NCBI GenBank assembly: GCA_030390025.1
Contig: CM059432.1
Span: forward strand, 43,402,001-43,466,000
From: Squalus acanthias
Lineage: Eukaryota
DNA length: 64,000 nucleotides
Direction: 5' to 3'
The translations under genes were made by a program, and so were the position numbers. The notes beneath the pieces were generated by a model, which was given only the letters and a program-made list of their open reading frames with translations, was not told the origin of the DNA and made no database searches. Below, in pieces: positions 51,022 through 63,430 of the stretch (positions are counted from its first letter, which is position 1; each line of letters opens with the position of its first letter).

Positions 51022-54000
51022 TCAATTACTGGTTGGATGTTAACTTAACATGCCTTATGGTTGTTTTTCTTCATGGATAGAAATAGAGTATGTAGGAAAA
51101 TTACAGCATTTTAGCCAATATCTGAAAGACTGAGGTTAAGATTTTGATGCCTTCCATCAGAACCCTTATCATGGCACTGCAATTTGAGGAATTCTTTTTA
51201 AAGAAAATTACATTTTATTGTTTTTCCTTTTATGAGGGGTTAGGGGAAGGAAACAAGCAAACTTGTTCTGTGGTGTCTATCAGTGTTGCCCTATAACTGG
51301 GGTGATGCATCCTTCAGTTTAACCCGCTCTTTATGAACAGGCAGCATGCTCCCTCTTGAGGCTTTACCCTGAATTATTTGCCCAGAATTTCCTCTGAGCC
51401 ACTCCTGCTCCGCCGCCATAACTTCACCGGAATCTCTGCCTAAATCCCGTTCACTGCCGGCCGTCTGGCGAAGTTATGGCCGTGGAGCGAGAGCAGATAA
51501 AAATGTAGCATTTGAGATTTGAGGGAGGATGAGTGTTTTGGACTTTATTGGCAAGGAAACGGGAGAATGTTAATTTCAGAAGTCCTAACGTGTGGATATT
51601 TGTTAAGTCTCAAAGATGATCCAAGCAATATGAGTCGGTGTTCAAGGCTCATTAAGCTGCAAGGGAGCATAACTGCAACCTGTACTAGTTTATCAAGAAG
51701 TAAAGACTCTTGCTTGCCAAGTGAGTAGCAGGAATTTGATGTAGACTCACTATCAAAATAAGAAAGGAACATGGGTGTATTCTCCACTTGAAAACTAGGT
51801 GTACAGAATAAAAATACAAAACTTCAATGGTTTGGTTATAAATGCACCACATTGTATGGTTACAGCACTAAGTCATATAGAGATCCAGGAAGGTTCTGAT
51901 ACAATCCATGAGCTGATGTAGCTGATTTCTGTAGTGGAGGGGGCCATAGCAATTGGCATCAGTGACCCCAAGTTAAAGAGAGGAAAACTTGCCAGATTTC
52001 TTGCTCCTAATCATTACCCATTGACCCCTGCTCAGTTTATGCACATACAGATGTCAGGTGAGGACATAATTGAGCTCTGGTATGATGGGCCTCACAATTG
52101 AATAGTCCGTCAACAATCACTGTCCAGGTTGTTGTGTAAGGAATAGCTACTTGGGTAAGGTACCAACAACAATGGAAAAGATGAATAAGGGGGAAATGAA
52201 AGCAGAGGGAAACGTGTAAGACAAGGAAAAAAAGAGGATTAAATCAATATTCAATGATTAAACCACCAAACATCGTGAGCATGCCCAGGGTTGGATTCTA
52301 GCACTTTTTAATATAAGGCCATATTATTTCAGAAGTAGACTTCAAATGATCTAATTTCTGCCACTTTAGTTTTGCAATTTACTTCAGTGCTTATTCCTAG
52401 TACCACATGCTCCTCTCACCTCACGTACCGCAATGGTGATCCAGTGACACCTGAGGTCAAGTGGAGTGTCAAACTTGTCAGCGAGCTGTGACAGTTCATG
52501 CTGGATGTTGCATTGTAACAAAAACTGGGTCAGTCTGTTTCAATTGGTGGATTTTTTTTGCTCATGGTATCTTGCTCTTCTTACATGCTTTAGGTGTCGA
52601 GATTTAATCGTCAGGGTCATGTATATGCTACGGTATGCTATCCACACAGTGCCATTTCCCATCATTCGACATTGTAACTCCTTACTCATACAGCCATTTT
52701 GATTTTGGTTTCCCAGATTAATCCTCTTTCTTTGATCATTACGCAGTGAAATAATTTTGCTCATGGGCGATGCACTTCATGTCACTTAGCTGTGCAGTAA
52801 ATATTACTATTCCTTGCCATTTACTCTACGTATTGTAATGTTTGTATTACTAATGAGCATCTTGATATATCCGCTGAGGTGTCCCAAATGTTTACTGAGC
52901 AAAGTATAGTCTATGTAAATGCAAACTATTGTAGAGTTTTGCTGGGAATGGGAATATTTTGCAAACTTAATTGCACAGCTAAATGAGCCCAGTTTTTCCA
53001 TCTGGCAGGAATGTTCTCCACGCATAGTAATGTCTGCAATTGTGCTATGGAACTTGAATAAACAAATGTGTGGTGAGATTGCTCTTGCTAAGATGGCCCT
53101 GGAGTTTTATAGGGGTTGGTGGCAGGGTAATTAGAAACACACTTTTCCTCATCTGTAGTATATCTTTAACTGTTAGAAAGCCATTGAACCCTTTGAAACG
53201 TTCTCTGCTGTTTTTTTCCCAGTTTGCCGCAACCGCCTTCTAGCATTGGGAATGTGTGTTTTTTTTCTTGTTTCTTTGGAAACCAGAACTTATAAGGAAA
53301 CATGGCTACTATATTGGCATAGGATCATATATTTCTTATTGGTAGACAGTGTGCGGGTTTAATAATGAATAGTTCTTTTAAAAATTAATCTGTCACCACA
53401 GAACAGAAATTATTTTATTTACACTTTCTAATGGCTCCATCAGCTTAAGTAAAAGGAGGTGCATTATAATTTTCACGACATGAAAGATGCATTTGGTTCT
53501 AAAATAAAATATAATACTAGGTATTCTATTGTCTAGCCTCCAGAGAGTGTCACGGTGTGCACAAGAGGTTATGTTCCAAATCTAGTGTCTGAGCCTGCTG
53601 TTTGTATCAGCTGTTTGTTAGATTAACTTTTTTTCTTATTTTGATAATTTTGTTTCTTTGTAATTTTTAATTTTGCTGCAATATCAAAATGTTTATGTGA
53701 AATAAGTGTATTTGAGACTATACGGCCATCTTCTTAGCAGCAGGACCTCAGGAACAGAAAACAAACTGAATTCAGTAGCGACTGTGACAGTATTTATGCA
53801 GGTTTCCATAAAGTATCGTTCGTTTGAAGTGAATAAATAATACAGCATCCACCTACTAGGGAAATACATTTGTTAATTTATTTTCAATTGGAAAAACTTG
53901 AAGTATAAAATAAACTTCTGCAACTTTTTTTTAGGTTTATAAATTATTACAGAAAATCTGTGTAAAAGCTAAAATAATTGCCCATTCGTAACAATACATA

Positions 54001-54795
54001 GATGGATGATGTCAATAAATTCATTGAACTTCGAAATTTAAATTCATTTTCATCTTCAAAAAAAGTTGATTTAAAAAGAAATCTGTGTTTCAAATGATCT
54101 TCAACTGCTTTATTATTTAGATTTTCACTTTTTAAATAAAATTTTGGGCCTAATGTTGCAGGACAATAAGTATAATTATGCACACTTAAAGTGTTTGCCT
54201 GAAATTGCTCTCTGCGATTTTAAGAGGTTTTAAGCCACTTATTTTAAACCGGTTAACACTGTGCTAAAATAGTGGAGAGAGGAATTTCAAACAAACCTGT
54301 TGAGCATTCATATGCTATAGTATTCTACAACATAATTTCAGAGCTATAATTTCTGTAATACAGCCCATTTCCCTTTTTTAAAGAAAAAAACAATCAGCAC
54401 AGCCAGAAGCAGGAAATTGTTTGTCAGTGGTTGAAGGGTTAAGCTGTAAAGACAGTGAACATACTGGTGAATTCAAACCCTCAAATACATCTGTATTTTA
54501 GAGTCACCCCAGGCAGTATATATGGCATCAAGCAATGGAACTTATTATAAGAGAAGCTTTTGTTCATGGATATTTCTAGTAAAGAAGTGAAAATGTGAGT
54601 ACAAAGAACACATGGCCTCAATGTCCACAACTGCTTTTAGTACTGGCTTCAATATGTGTTGAAAGGTCCTCACTCAATATTTTATTTAAATTTGAATATT
54701 TATTAGTAATAGAATGCAGAAATGTGTTTTGTTTAGCTTTGTGAATGTGAAAAGAAAATACTTTCACTTTTTAAAAAAAATAAATTATTTTGCAG

Positions 54796-54885
54796 AATTC
54801 TACCTTGACAATTGAAGAATTTCATTCCAAACTTCAAGAAGCTACGAATTTCCCTCTCCGACCTTTTGTTATACCGTTTCTAAAG
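54796..54885 (+). CDS. RUNX1T1: RUNX1T1 internal coding exon (90 nt), TAFH/NHR1 domain
   Basis: TTTTGCAG acceptor; [30 protein letters not shown]; donor AAG|GTATTT; phase 0/0. Confidence 0.97.
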
Positions 54886-56659
54886 GTATTTGCAACATTT
54901 CCCATTTATCTTCTAACCATTTGAAAACCTGTCCCTACTGAATTAACTGTGCAATTGGTATCGACAATTCTGTAACTGGTATTTTAAGGGTTAAAACCTG
55001 CTGTTACTGAAATATTAGAATAGTACTTGCATTTATATAATGCCTTAATGACTTACTTTTCAGAGTTCAGTGAAGGATTTGTTGGCGAACCTGAAAGTTA
55101 TGTTTAATAAAGGAAAAGAACATCAGTGTAGGGTTCCAGTGTATTCTAATAGTCCATAATTCATGTCTGACTCTATAGCTTCTGTTACTATTTCTAAATC
55201 CGTGAAATAATTTCCTTTGGACTGTCAGATCAAATGCATGTTTTCCGCTAAGGATTTCAAATCTATTCCCACCTCCTCCTTCAAAAGAGTGCAGGAAATT
55301 GGATGTATATTTTTTTCCCCTTGCTATTGCTCCTAAATTGTACCATCGGAAGTTGGGGGCACACCCTCCCATCATAGAACCCCAAGGATCAGCTGGAGAT
55401 CCCTCACACTAAACCGCCAGCAACTACTGACCTAACGCTACAGAGTGGCTGCAGGAATAGGCAGGCGCATACCAACAAATGACTGACAGATTTTAAATAA
55501 TAAATGAAAACTACTTTTGAAATGGCTTCAGTCACCAAGGCCCGGCCTGTTCGAAGTATACTTCTGTATGTGCTTGTTTTCTTGCGTGAACTGCCATTCC
55601 TTTCCAAGAACTGGCACGTGAAATCAAGATGGACTATCTGGGATTTGTCTGTGCCACAGTCCAACATTCTAAAATATGAGCATCATTTTGAAAGCTTAAG
55701 GGTGTTTTTTTTTAAAATATATTTTTAATAAAAAGCACATAATTGTTGCTTGCTTTTGGCCAAGCAACTACAAGCGCTATGTTTGCATTGCATCATGCAA
55801 ATGCCATTTCCTTTGTGAATATTACTGACTTTTTCATCGTGGAAACCGCTCCCTTTAGGGTCAGGTTGGCGGTGAAAAAAGCCAAAAAAGCATACAAGGA
55901 CACTTCCAGAATCTTCCCTCACTGCTGTACGCCATATGGTTACCATATCATTTCATAGGGGATCACTGGAATCAAAGATGCAACTTTTTCTAATTTTAGT
56001 GCCTTTCCTCAAAGGAGACATTAATGACAAAAACCATATGGTTGTGGGAACGTGGACCTTAATAACTGCATTCAATCCCAGCTGTAACAATATGCATTAA
56101 AGTCTTGTTTTCATTAGGCTAATGTAAGCCACAGACTCTTGATTCTATTTCATGTTACGGGGAATCATTTACAGGAAAGATATTAGACACCATTATAATT
56201 ACTTTCTCTGGTACTGGGATTCCACCCTCCCCCACTACTTTGTGTTGTCACTTCCTTAGTTTGGTGAAGCATTTAAATTGAAATTAACTCTTTGGGTACT
56301 GAAATTCAATGGAAATTTGAACATTTAAAAAAATATCATCTGCAAAAATGATTTTCCTCTGAATTTCAGATATTGCATCTGATAAATGTATCGGATTCAC
56401 AGTATTGCTTCTTTCAAGGCAGCTGTTAATTTTGATATACCACTACTAAACTTCAATAAAGCTCCATAGTCTTTTCTGCAGAATAACTCTTACAGTATCA
56501 GTAAATGCATTTGTGCAAAACCTGGCAAAGTTTCTGTTTGAAAAGTAGGATAAGGGTTCAAATGTAGAGTACATGAATGTATTCCTTATTTTGTGTGGGG
56601 CACCTACAGATTTCATATGTGCTGCTGAATCTGGCTCACCAAGACCGTGTACTACTTTA

Positions 56660-57274
56660 ACATCCTATTTGATCCACCCCACTGGGCTTCAAATCCCATA
56701 GCATTTCCATTACTAAGACTGCTTGCATTTGCAATATTGGCCACTGCCGCCCAAACCTTTTTGTTACCTCAAGATTTTATTTCTCAATTTCCTTCTCGTT
56801 CGCTTCCCAACCTATACCCTTGATGAGCTCCTACTTGTCGAAAACACCGATGCTCACGTCATGTTTTACACTAGGTCCTGCTTGTCCATCACCTTTGTAC
56901 TCACTGACCTACAGTGACTCCCATCCTAATCTAAAAATTCCTCCACAGCCTCGCACCATCCTACCTCCTCCAGTTTTATGCCCCTCTTGCACTCACTGGT
57001 CCTCCAACTCTAGCCTTCTGCGTTTATACCATTCCTTCAGCTCCACCATTGGTGGCAGAACCTTCCACTGTCTCAGCCCAGCTCTCTGGAACTCCCCCTC
57101 CATCTCACTGCTGCTTCTCTCCATGTTTAAGATCCTCTTTAAAACTCTCTGCTCTGACCAAGCCTTTAGTCACCTAACTTCCCAACAATGGTTCAGCATC
57201 CATTTATTTCTATCTTGTGAAATGCCTGGGATTTTTCAACATTAAAAGTGCTTTGTAAATGCAAATTGTTGTTG
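56660..57274 (+). mobile_element. Degraded L2 3' fragment
   Basis: STIGGRTFHCLSPALWNS..DQAFSHL in ORF 56820-57245; tail AAAAGTGCTTTGTAAATGCAAATTGTTGTTG. Confidence 0.75.
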
Positions 57275-57311
57275 AAAAATAAAATTGCAAAACAATAGAG
57301 AAATGTTTTAC

Positions 57312-57716
57312 AAAGAAAAGACTTGCATTTATATAGCACCTTTCATGACCTCAGGACGTCCTAAAGCACTTTACACCCAATGAAGTACTTTTGGAGTGTA
57401 CTCACTGTTGCAATGTAGGAAATGTGGCAACCAATTATCGCACAGCAAGGTCCCACAACCAGCAATGTGATAATGACCAGATAATCTGCTTAGTGATGTT
57501 GGTTGAGGGATAAATATTATCAAAATAGTGCCATAGGATATTTTACATCCACCTCGACAGGACCTCAGTTTACCAACACATCTAACAATGCAAGGCTCCC
57601 CAGTACGTCACTGGAGTGTTAGCCTAGATTTTGTGCTCAAGTCTTTGGAGTAAGACTTGAACCCACAATTTTCTGACTCTGAAGTGAAAGTGCTACCACT
57701 GAGGAATGGCTGATAC
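57312..57716 (-). mobile_element. Deu-type SINE
   Basis: Reverse complement of the 17914 family, from the GACTTGCATTTATATAGC tail to the TTGAACCCACA..GTGCTACCACTGAG head. Confidence 0.82.
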
Positions 57717-57826
57717 TGTAAATACCAGCTGACACGGTTTTAATAAATTAGACCAGAAAAGTGAGTTTTCTGGGAGCTCTCTTTCTTCCACCACCTACTT
57801 TCTGGATAACTAGGATTAAAGACCTT

Positions 57827-58721
57827 GGGGTAGAAATTAGGTCGCGCCCCATTTGGGGCGCAAATATCGTCCGGACGCAAATATTAGCGCCTGGCGCTAA
57901 TTATCGGCACTGACAGGAAACTTCACTTTTACCGCCCCGGGAGGTGAGTGGAGCGCTAAAGCAGGCGCTGCACACCTCTCTTAAGGCGCAAAGGCCGAGC
58001 AGTGAGGCGCTAACTCGGAGCGCTGGCGAAGCTCATGTAATGTCAGTCAGCAATGGAACACACACACAATGGCACGGGCCAGTTCTTAAAGGGGATGGTT
58101 AATCTTGCTTTCCATCCACATCCTGTTCATTGCTGCCTTGAATCTCGGCCTGGAGAGACTTGCACATCAAATGTGCTGGAAAGAACAATGGAAAGTACCA
58201 GGCAAAGAGCTCAGAGTGCAGCTCCCACAGTCTCTGCTAAATCGATACAAGGAATGGCAAATCAAAATGAACCTGCAAAGTGCTGCTCAGTACCCAAAAC
58301 TCCTTCACACAACGTTGAATCTCTCCAGAAGTCTCTCCCTCTCTCTCTCTCAGAATGCGTAGTTCAAAAATGCCACCAACAATAAAAGACAGGAAGAGGC
58401 CCCCTTTAAATAGCGCCCCCCCCAGCCCCACAGCGATTGATAGCGTTCCAGTCTTCTGGTCGTTGGAAGCGCCAGGCGGTAAGGCAGGGGGCGCCACTCA
58501 ATTTCCGCTACGGGGCGCCACAAGGGCGTTGCACCATGGAATGACGTCACAATCTGCGCGCGCAGGTGGTCGCAGCAGTAAGTTTTAGCGCCGCCGCACA
58601 ATCTCAAGTTAAGTTCTCGAGCGGCGCAAACATCGCTGCGCCCGGGCGTTCGCGGCTTTGCGCCCCATTAGCGCCCTCTTAAGGCGCTAACGGGAGGCGC
58701 AACCAAGTGAATTTTTACCCC
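57827..58721. mobile_element. Non-autonomous PIF/Harbinger-like DNA transposon (895 bp)
   Basis: TIRs GGGGTAGAAATT / AATTTTTACCCC; CTT/CTT 3-bp TSD; CpG-rich subterminal regions with repeated (TTA)GCGCC/GGCGC(TAA) motifs. Confidence 0.8.
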
Positions 58722-59889
58722 CTTGTTTTTAAAAAAAAAACTGCTTTATTGGGTTTTCAAGAATTTTACATTTACAAGCTATCAAGTTATTAGTTATGTA
58801 CATAGATGTACATTTATTTTCTGAAGCATTTGTAAAATGAGGTGCTTTGGGTAGAATACAGGAATCTGTACCAATTAAGCTGGCATCCCATCAGCGGGTC
58901 AAGGGGGGGGAACGGGTGCAATAGCTGATGGTAGATTCCCAAACCTAGTTTAATTGCCAGCTTCAATAGATATTAAAACATGCTTGGTTTTTGTTGGGTT
59001 TGTTTGCCTAGACCTCCAGATAAGGAAGAGATAGCCATCTCTGGATGATGAGACCAGGGCAAGTCTTAATGTGTAATGTACATCTCCTGTTGGTCAATTA
59101 TAATACTGTGGGCTGGAATGGAGAATTAGCCACTCCACCTACTTGGCTGAAGAAGGCAGAGTGACGGTTGTGTAGCCCTATGGAATGGGAAGAATGTTTT
59201 TAAAAGTTTGAATTGATTCAAAAAAAATAGAATGTGAGAACAGCACAATAATGACTTGAATTTCTAGGTTACTGCTTGAAATCTACCAGTGAATAATGAT
59301 TGTTTGCTATTGGCTTAGATACTTTATAAACTTATCTGTGTGCAAGAGGTTCAACACATGAACCATTCTTTTTATTAATTTTGAACAGCTTTCCTTTCAG
59401 AAGTTTTATTAATTTTTCAAAGTTTTTTTGTGTATGATGTTTCCAGGAAGTCAAAGTTGAGCCATGTCTTTGGAGTAGCATGGATTTTTTTTTTCCTGTA
59501 GAAAAATATCCTTTTTTTTTATTTGGAGGCAAGACAATATCATTAGCATGCATTCCAAAATTATGACACTGCTACACCTGAGCATTTTCCTTTTTTTCCA
59601 TTTGTTGCCTATTTTCTTCCCTTCCCCATCCCCTGAAATTGTTGCTTTTTTCTGGGGTATAATTACTTTGGCAGCGCTGCCCAAATAGCCATTAATTATG
59701 TGAGCTTAGACAGGGAATTCTAGAAAACTCTTTTGACCACAGAGCATTGCAGACTAGCCCAATCTTGTTCTTGCCCATATACTTCCATCTGGCCCCTTGA
59801 TTAGCAATCACGAATCCTGGTGATTTTCCATCTCCCTAATCCAGGGGTGCTGAGCACTTCTGCAATTGCTTTGGTTCCAATCAGTTCAC

Positions 59890-60365
59890 AAGTTAATTAC
59901 AGGTTTGGAAAGCCATTCAGCCAATCTTAGTCCATCCATCTAGGAAAATCCTGAATTCTGAATCCAAGTCAATGATCTAAATTTGAACCAGTGGTCCCAC
60001 CACCAATCCCTGGGGCACACCACTTAATTCTTACCTCCCCACCCTGACCTAACTCCTCCACTATGTATGTTATTTTCGATCCTTCAGCCAACTTCTTCTC
60101 CATTCCCAAGCTTTCACCCTGGATTTTGGAACTTGTGTAATCATCTTTATTAACTGTCTTTTGGAATTCTATATATATTACATCACAGGACTTGCCACAG
60201 TCCACTTGGCTTGTCATTCCTCAACAAAGTTGAGCATATTGGTCAGACAGGACCCTTGTTGAATCTATTTTGACTGCTGTTTACTGTTGTTGTTATTATT
60301 ATACATATAATCCTCAAGTTTACTCCTGGTAATTGATTCAATTATTTTGCCAGGCGGTGATATAA
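59890..60365 (-). mobile_element. Very degraded, internally deleted CR1
   Basis: ORF 59969-60217(-) VDCGKSCDVIYIEFQK resembles VDxGxxVDVxYxDFQK; reverse GVPQG remnant CCCTGGGGCACACCACT. Confidence 0.55.
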
Positions 60366-60371
60366 GACTAT

Positions 60372-60788
60372 AAAAAGAAAGACTTGCATTTATATAGCGC
60401 CTTTCACAACCTCAGGATGTCCTAAAGCGCTTTACAGCCAATGAAGTGTAGTCACTTTTGTAATGTAGGAAATGCAGCAACCAATTGCGCGCAGCAAGCT
60501 CCCACAAACAGCAATATGATAATGCCCAGATAATCTGTTTTTGTTATGTTGATTGAAGGATAAATATTGGCCGGGACACCGGGTGTAACCCCCCTGCTCT
60601 TCTTCGAAATAGTGCCATGGGATCTTTTGCCGTCTCATCCGAAAGATGCACCCAACAGTGCAGCACTCCTCTCAGCACTGCACTGGAGTGTCAGCCTAGA
60701 TTTATGTGCTCAAGTTTCTGGAGTGGGACTTGAACCCACAACCTTCTGACTCAGAGGCGAGAGTGCTACCCACTGAGCCATGGCTGAT
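60372..60788 (-). mobile_element. Deu-type SINE, nearly full length
   Basis: Reverse complement of the 17914 family with A/B boxes (TGGCTCAGTGGG, GGTTCAAGTCC) and tail. Confidence 0.87.
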
Positions 60789-60859
60789 ATGTAGTTGCCT
60801 GTGTCTGTGTTGTTGCCCTTTTTGAATATGAACACTGTTAGCCTGTTTCCAACTTTTAA

Positions 60860-62450
60860 AAATTTGTTCTTTGGATGTTGGTGACCCTGGCAAGGCAGCA
60901 TTTATTGCTCATCCATAATTACCCTTGCAATCCTTGTGGTGATGTGCTCCCACAATGGTGTTAGATAGGTAATTCCAGGGTATTGACCTCGCAATGAAGA
61001 AGAAATGGTGGGATATGTTCAGGTCAGGATTATATGTGACTTGGAAGTGATGTTCCTTGGCCATTACTGCTCTTATTCTACTTGGTGGTAGAGCTCACGA
61101 GGCTGGATGGTACTGTTAGAGTAAGCTTGGTGAGTTGCTGCAGTACATTGTGTAGATAGTACACACTGCATCCAAAGTGTGTTGGTGGTGGAGGGAGTGG
61201 GTATTGAGTTCAATGGCAAGGTTGTTGATCAAGTGGCTAACTCTGTCCCGAATGATGTTGAAGTTTTTGAATATTGTTGTGGCTGCACCCATCCAGGTGA
61301 GTGGTGAGTATTCCGTCATATTCCTGAATTGAGCCTTGTAGATGGTGGATAGGCTTTGAGGTGTCAGAAGGTGATCCATTCATCAGCGTATCCAACCATT
61401 ACTCTGCTGTTTTAGGCAGGGTGTTAATTTGGCTGGGCAGTCCAGTTATAGTTCTAGTCAATGATGAGCCCGAGGATGTTGGTGGTGAGCAACTCGATGA
61501 TGGTACTGTTGAAGATCAGTGAGGTGGTTGGGCCATTTCTTGTTGGCTATCATTGCCAGGCACTTGCGTAGTGCCAGTGTTACTTGCCACATGTCAGCCC
61601 AAGTCTAGGTGTTGTCCATGCCCTGCTGTAGGCTTGCAAGGGCTGCTTCATTATCTGAGGGGTTGTGGATGGAGCTGAACGCTAGAATCATCAGTAAACG
61701 GCTATACTCTTGACCTTATGACAAAGGGAAGGTCATTGATGAAGCAGCTGAAGATAATTGAGCCAAGAGCATTGCCCTGAGGAACTCTAGCAGTAATATT
61801 CTAGGGCTACGGTGATTACCGTGACCATCTTCCTGTGTGTCAGGTATGACTCCAGCTACGGAGGGTGTTTCTCTGACCTCTCCTTGCATTTAGCTCTTGT
61901 GCCCATGCCTGTATAAAGGCTACGATGAGGTCTGGTACCCAATTGTTGTAGTGGAACCCAAGTTAAACATTAAACATGATGATCTAGAAATTCGTCTCGG
62001 GCAGTGGCGCAAAACGGACGGTATCGAATCGGTCGCCCGATGTAGCAGCGCCTGATACTCCAGTTCCATTGCAGTCACTGGTACTGAATATCGGGCGCTG
62101 TGTATAACGGGCAGGCCCAAGACACATTTCTAGGCTGATGTGTCTAGGAATGTTGATGGAGGAGTCTGGGATGTTGGCTAATAGAAATAACTGAGTGCAG
62201 CTATGTCAGTCTGTTGCAGGACTAATTTTTGAGACAGTTCTTGCAATCTGGGCACCAATCATCAGTTGTTGTTGAGAATTTTGCAGGGTCACCTGGGCTG
62301 GAATTACTTGACTCTGATCCGATGCCTGGTCACTGCCAAAAGGACAATCCAATATTTCTCATTGTTCTGTTTTATATTGGTTGTTTTCGAACTGTGGCTT
62401 GTTAGGCCACCTCAGAGAGCATTAAGAGTCAACCACAATTTGTCAGACTC
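60860..62450 (-). mobile_element. Degraded CR1-group LINE (distinct family), RT region to 3' end
   Basis: ORF 61116-61379(-) LLTPQSLSTIYKAQFRNMTEYSPLTWM; remnants of VPQG..LG (GAGCCAAGAGCATTGCCCTGAGGAAC), SCFINDL and WQVT. Confidence 0.7.
61981..62135. mobile_element. MITE related to 17718-17901, nested in the LINE
   Basis: CTAGAAATTCGTCTCGGGC..GCAAAACGGACGGTATC..CCCAAGACACATTTCTAG; central CAGTTCCATTG/CACTGGTACTG palindrome as in the 17718 copy. Confidence 0.72.
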
Positions 62451-62970
62451 TTGCCTCCATATATATATATATATATACATATAAATATATATATACTTGT
62501 TTTGTGCTTTTTTTTGTTTGTCTAGGACTAACAAGTCATTACTGAACTCAGTATTGACTTGTTAGTTCTAGACAGGAATAATTAAAAAAAAAATCTAAGT
62601 GGATCTTTAATTTATTACAAACTACCAAGGATCACACTATCTTCCTTTTGCATGGTAAATCTTTGATTTTGTATATTTCAAATAAACTTGTGCTGAGCTA
62701 GTTAGCTCCATAATAATGGACTGATCAGCATTGAAATGTATGATACTTGTGTCTCCTGTTTGCTAATCAGATTGGTGCTGCATACAGCTTCCTACCAGTG
62801 CCGTCGCCATGACAACCACCTTGGTTGTTCCAGGTCTGGTAGAACACTTGCTTTCGTGCTGCATATTACTACTGGGGCAACACTGCGTCTTTTCATGTGC
62901 ATATGGCTGCAGAGCTCCAGTGTGGAATTGCAGCCAAATGCAATCTATGCTTTACAACATGATGCTACAG

Positions 62971-63045
62971 CAGTGGTGGGCAAAATACAGCCCATGGGCC
63001 ATATCTGGTCCACCAAGTCATTCTATCCAGCCCACTGGACGGGAC
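62971..63045. mobile_element. hAT (Charlie-like) transposon terminus
   Basis: CAGTGGTGGGCAAAATACAGCCCATGGGCCATATCTGGTCCACC resembles a CpG-decayed Charlie-type end (CAG..GTGGGCAAA...CGGCCCGCGGGCC..ATCCGGCCC); preceded by TGCTACAG. The partner end is not clearly seen. Confidence 0.55.
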
Positions 63046-63289
63046 AGAAATAGAACGCAAGCCGGAGCTCGAGCTACACATTAGTCACTTCCACTTCTCA
63101 TGGGTCAGAGACGGACCCGAACTGTAGCCAGGAAACACACCGTAATAATTCAATTTATCAATTCGCAAAAGCGATTCTCCCCAGCCTGATCTTCAAGGGA
63201 TCCGTTCCGCTTCTGGGCCCCAATGGCAGATGTCCATACCCTGAATGCACTGCGTACTCGAACATACCCTATCATTTTAGAGTCGCGTC

Positions 63290-63430
63290 ATGGCTGCTCA
63301 TCTCCATCTCTCCTTTATCAAAGAGACTGGCACTGTATCTTTCCTCTCCCTGTACTCCGAGTATGAAGGCAGGGGGGTTCTCATCGCCGTCTTAGACACT
63401 GGAGTGGATCCCGGAGCTCAAGAACTCCAG
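63290..63430 (+). pseudogene. TPP2: Tripeptidyl-peptidase II first-exon fragment (S8 catalytic Asp motif)
   Basis: [37 protein letters not shown] vs recalled human [37 protein letters not shown]; similarity stops at CAG|ATAATG with no GT donor. Confidence 0.85.
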
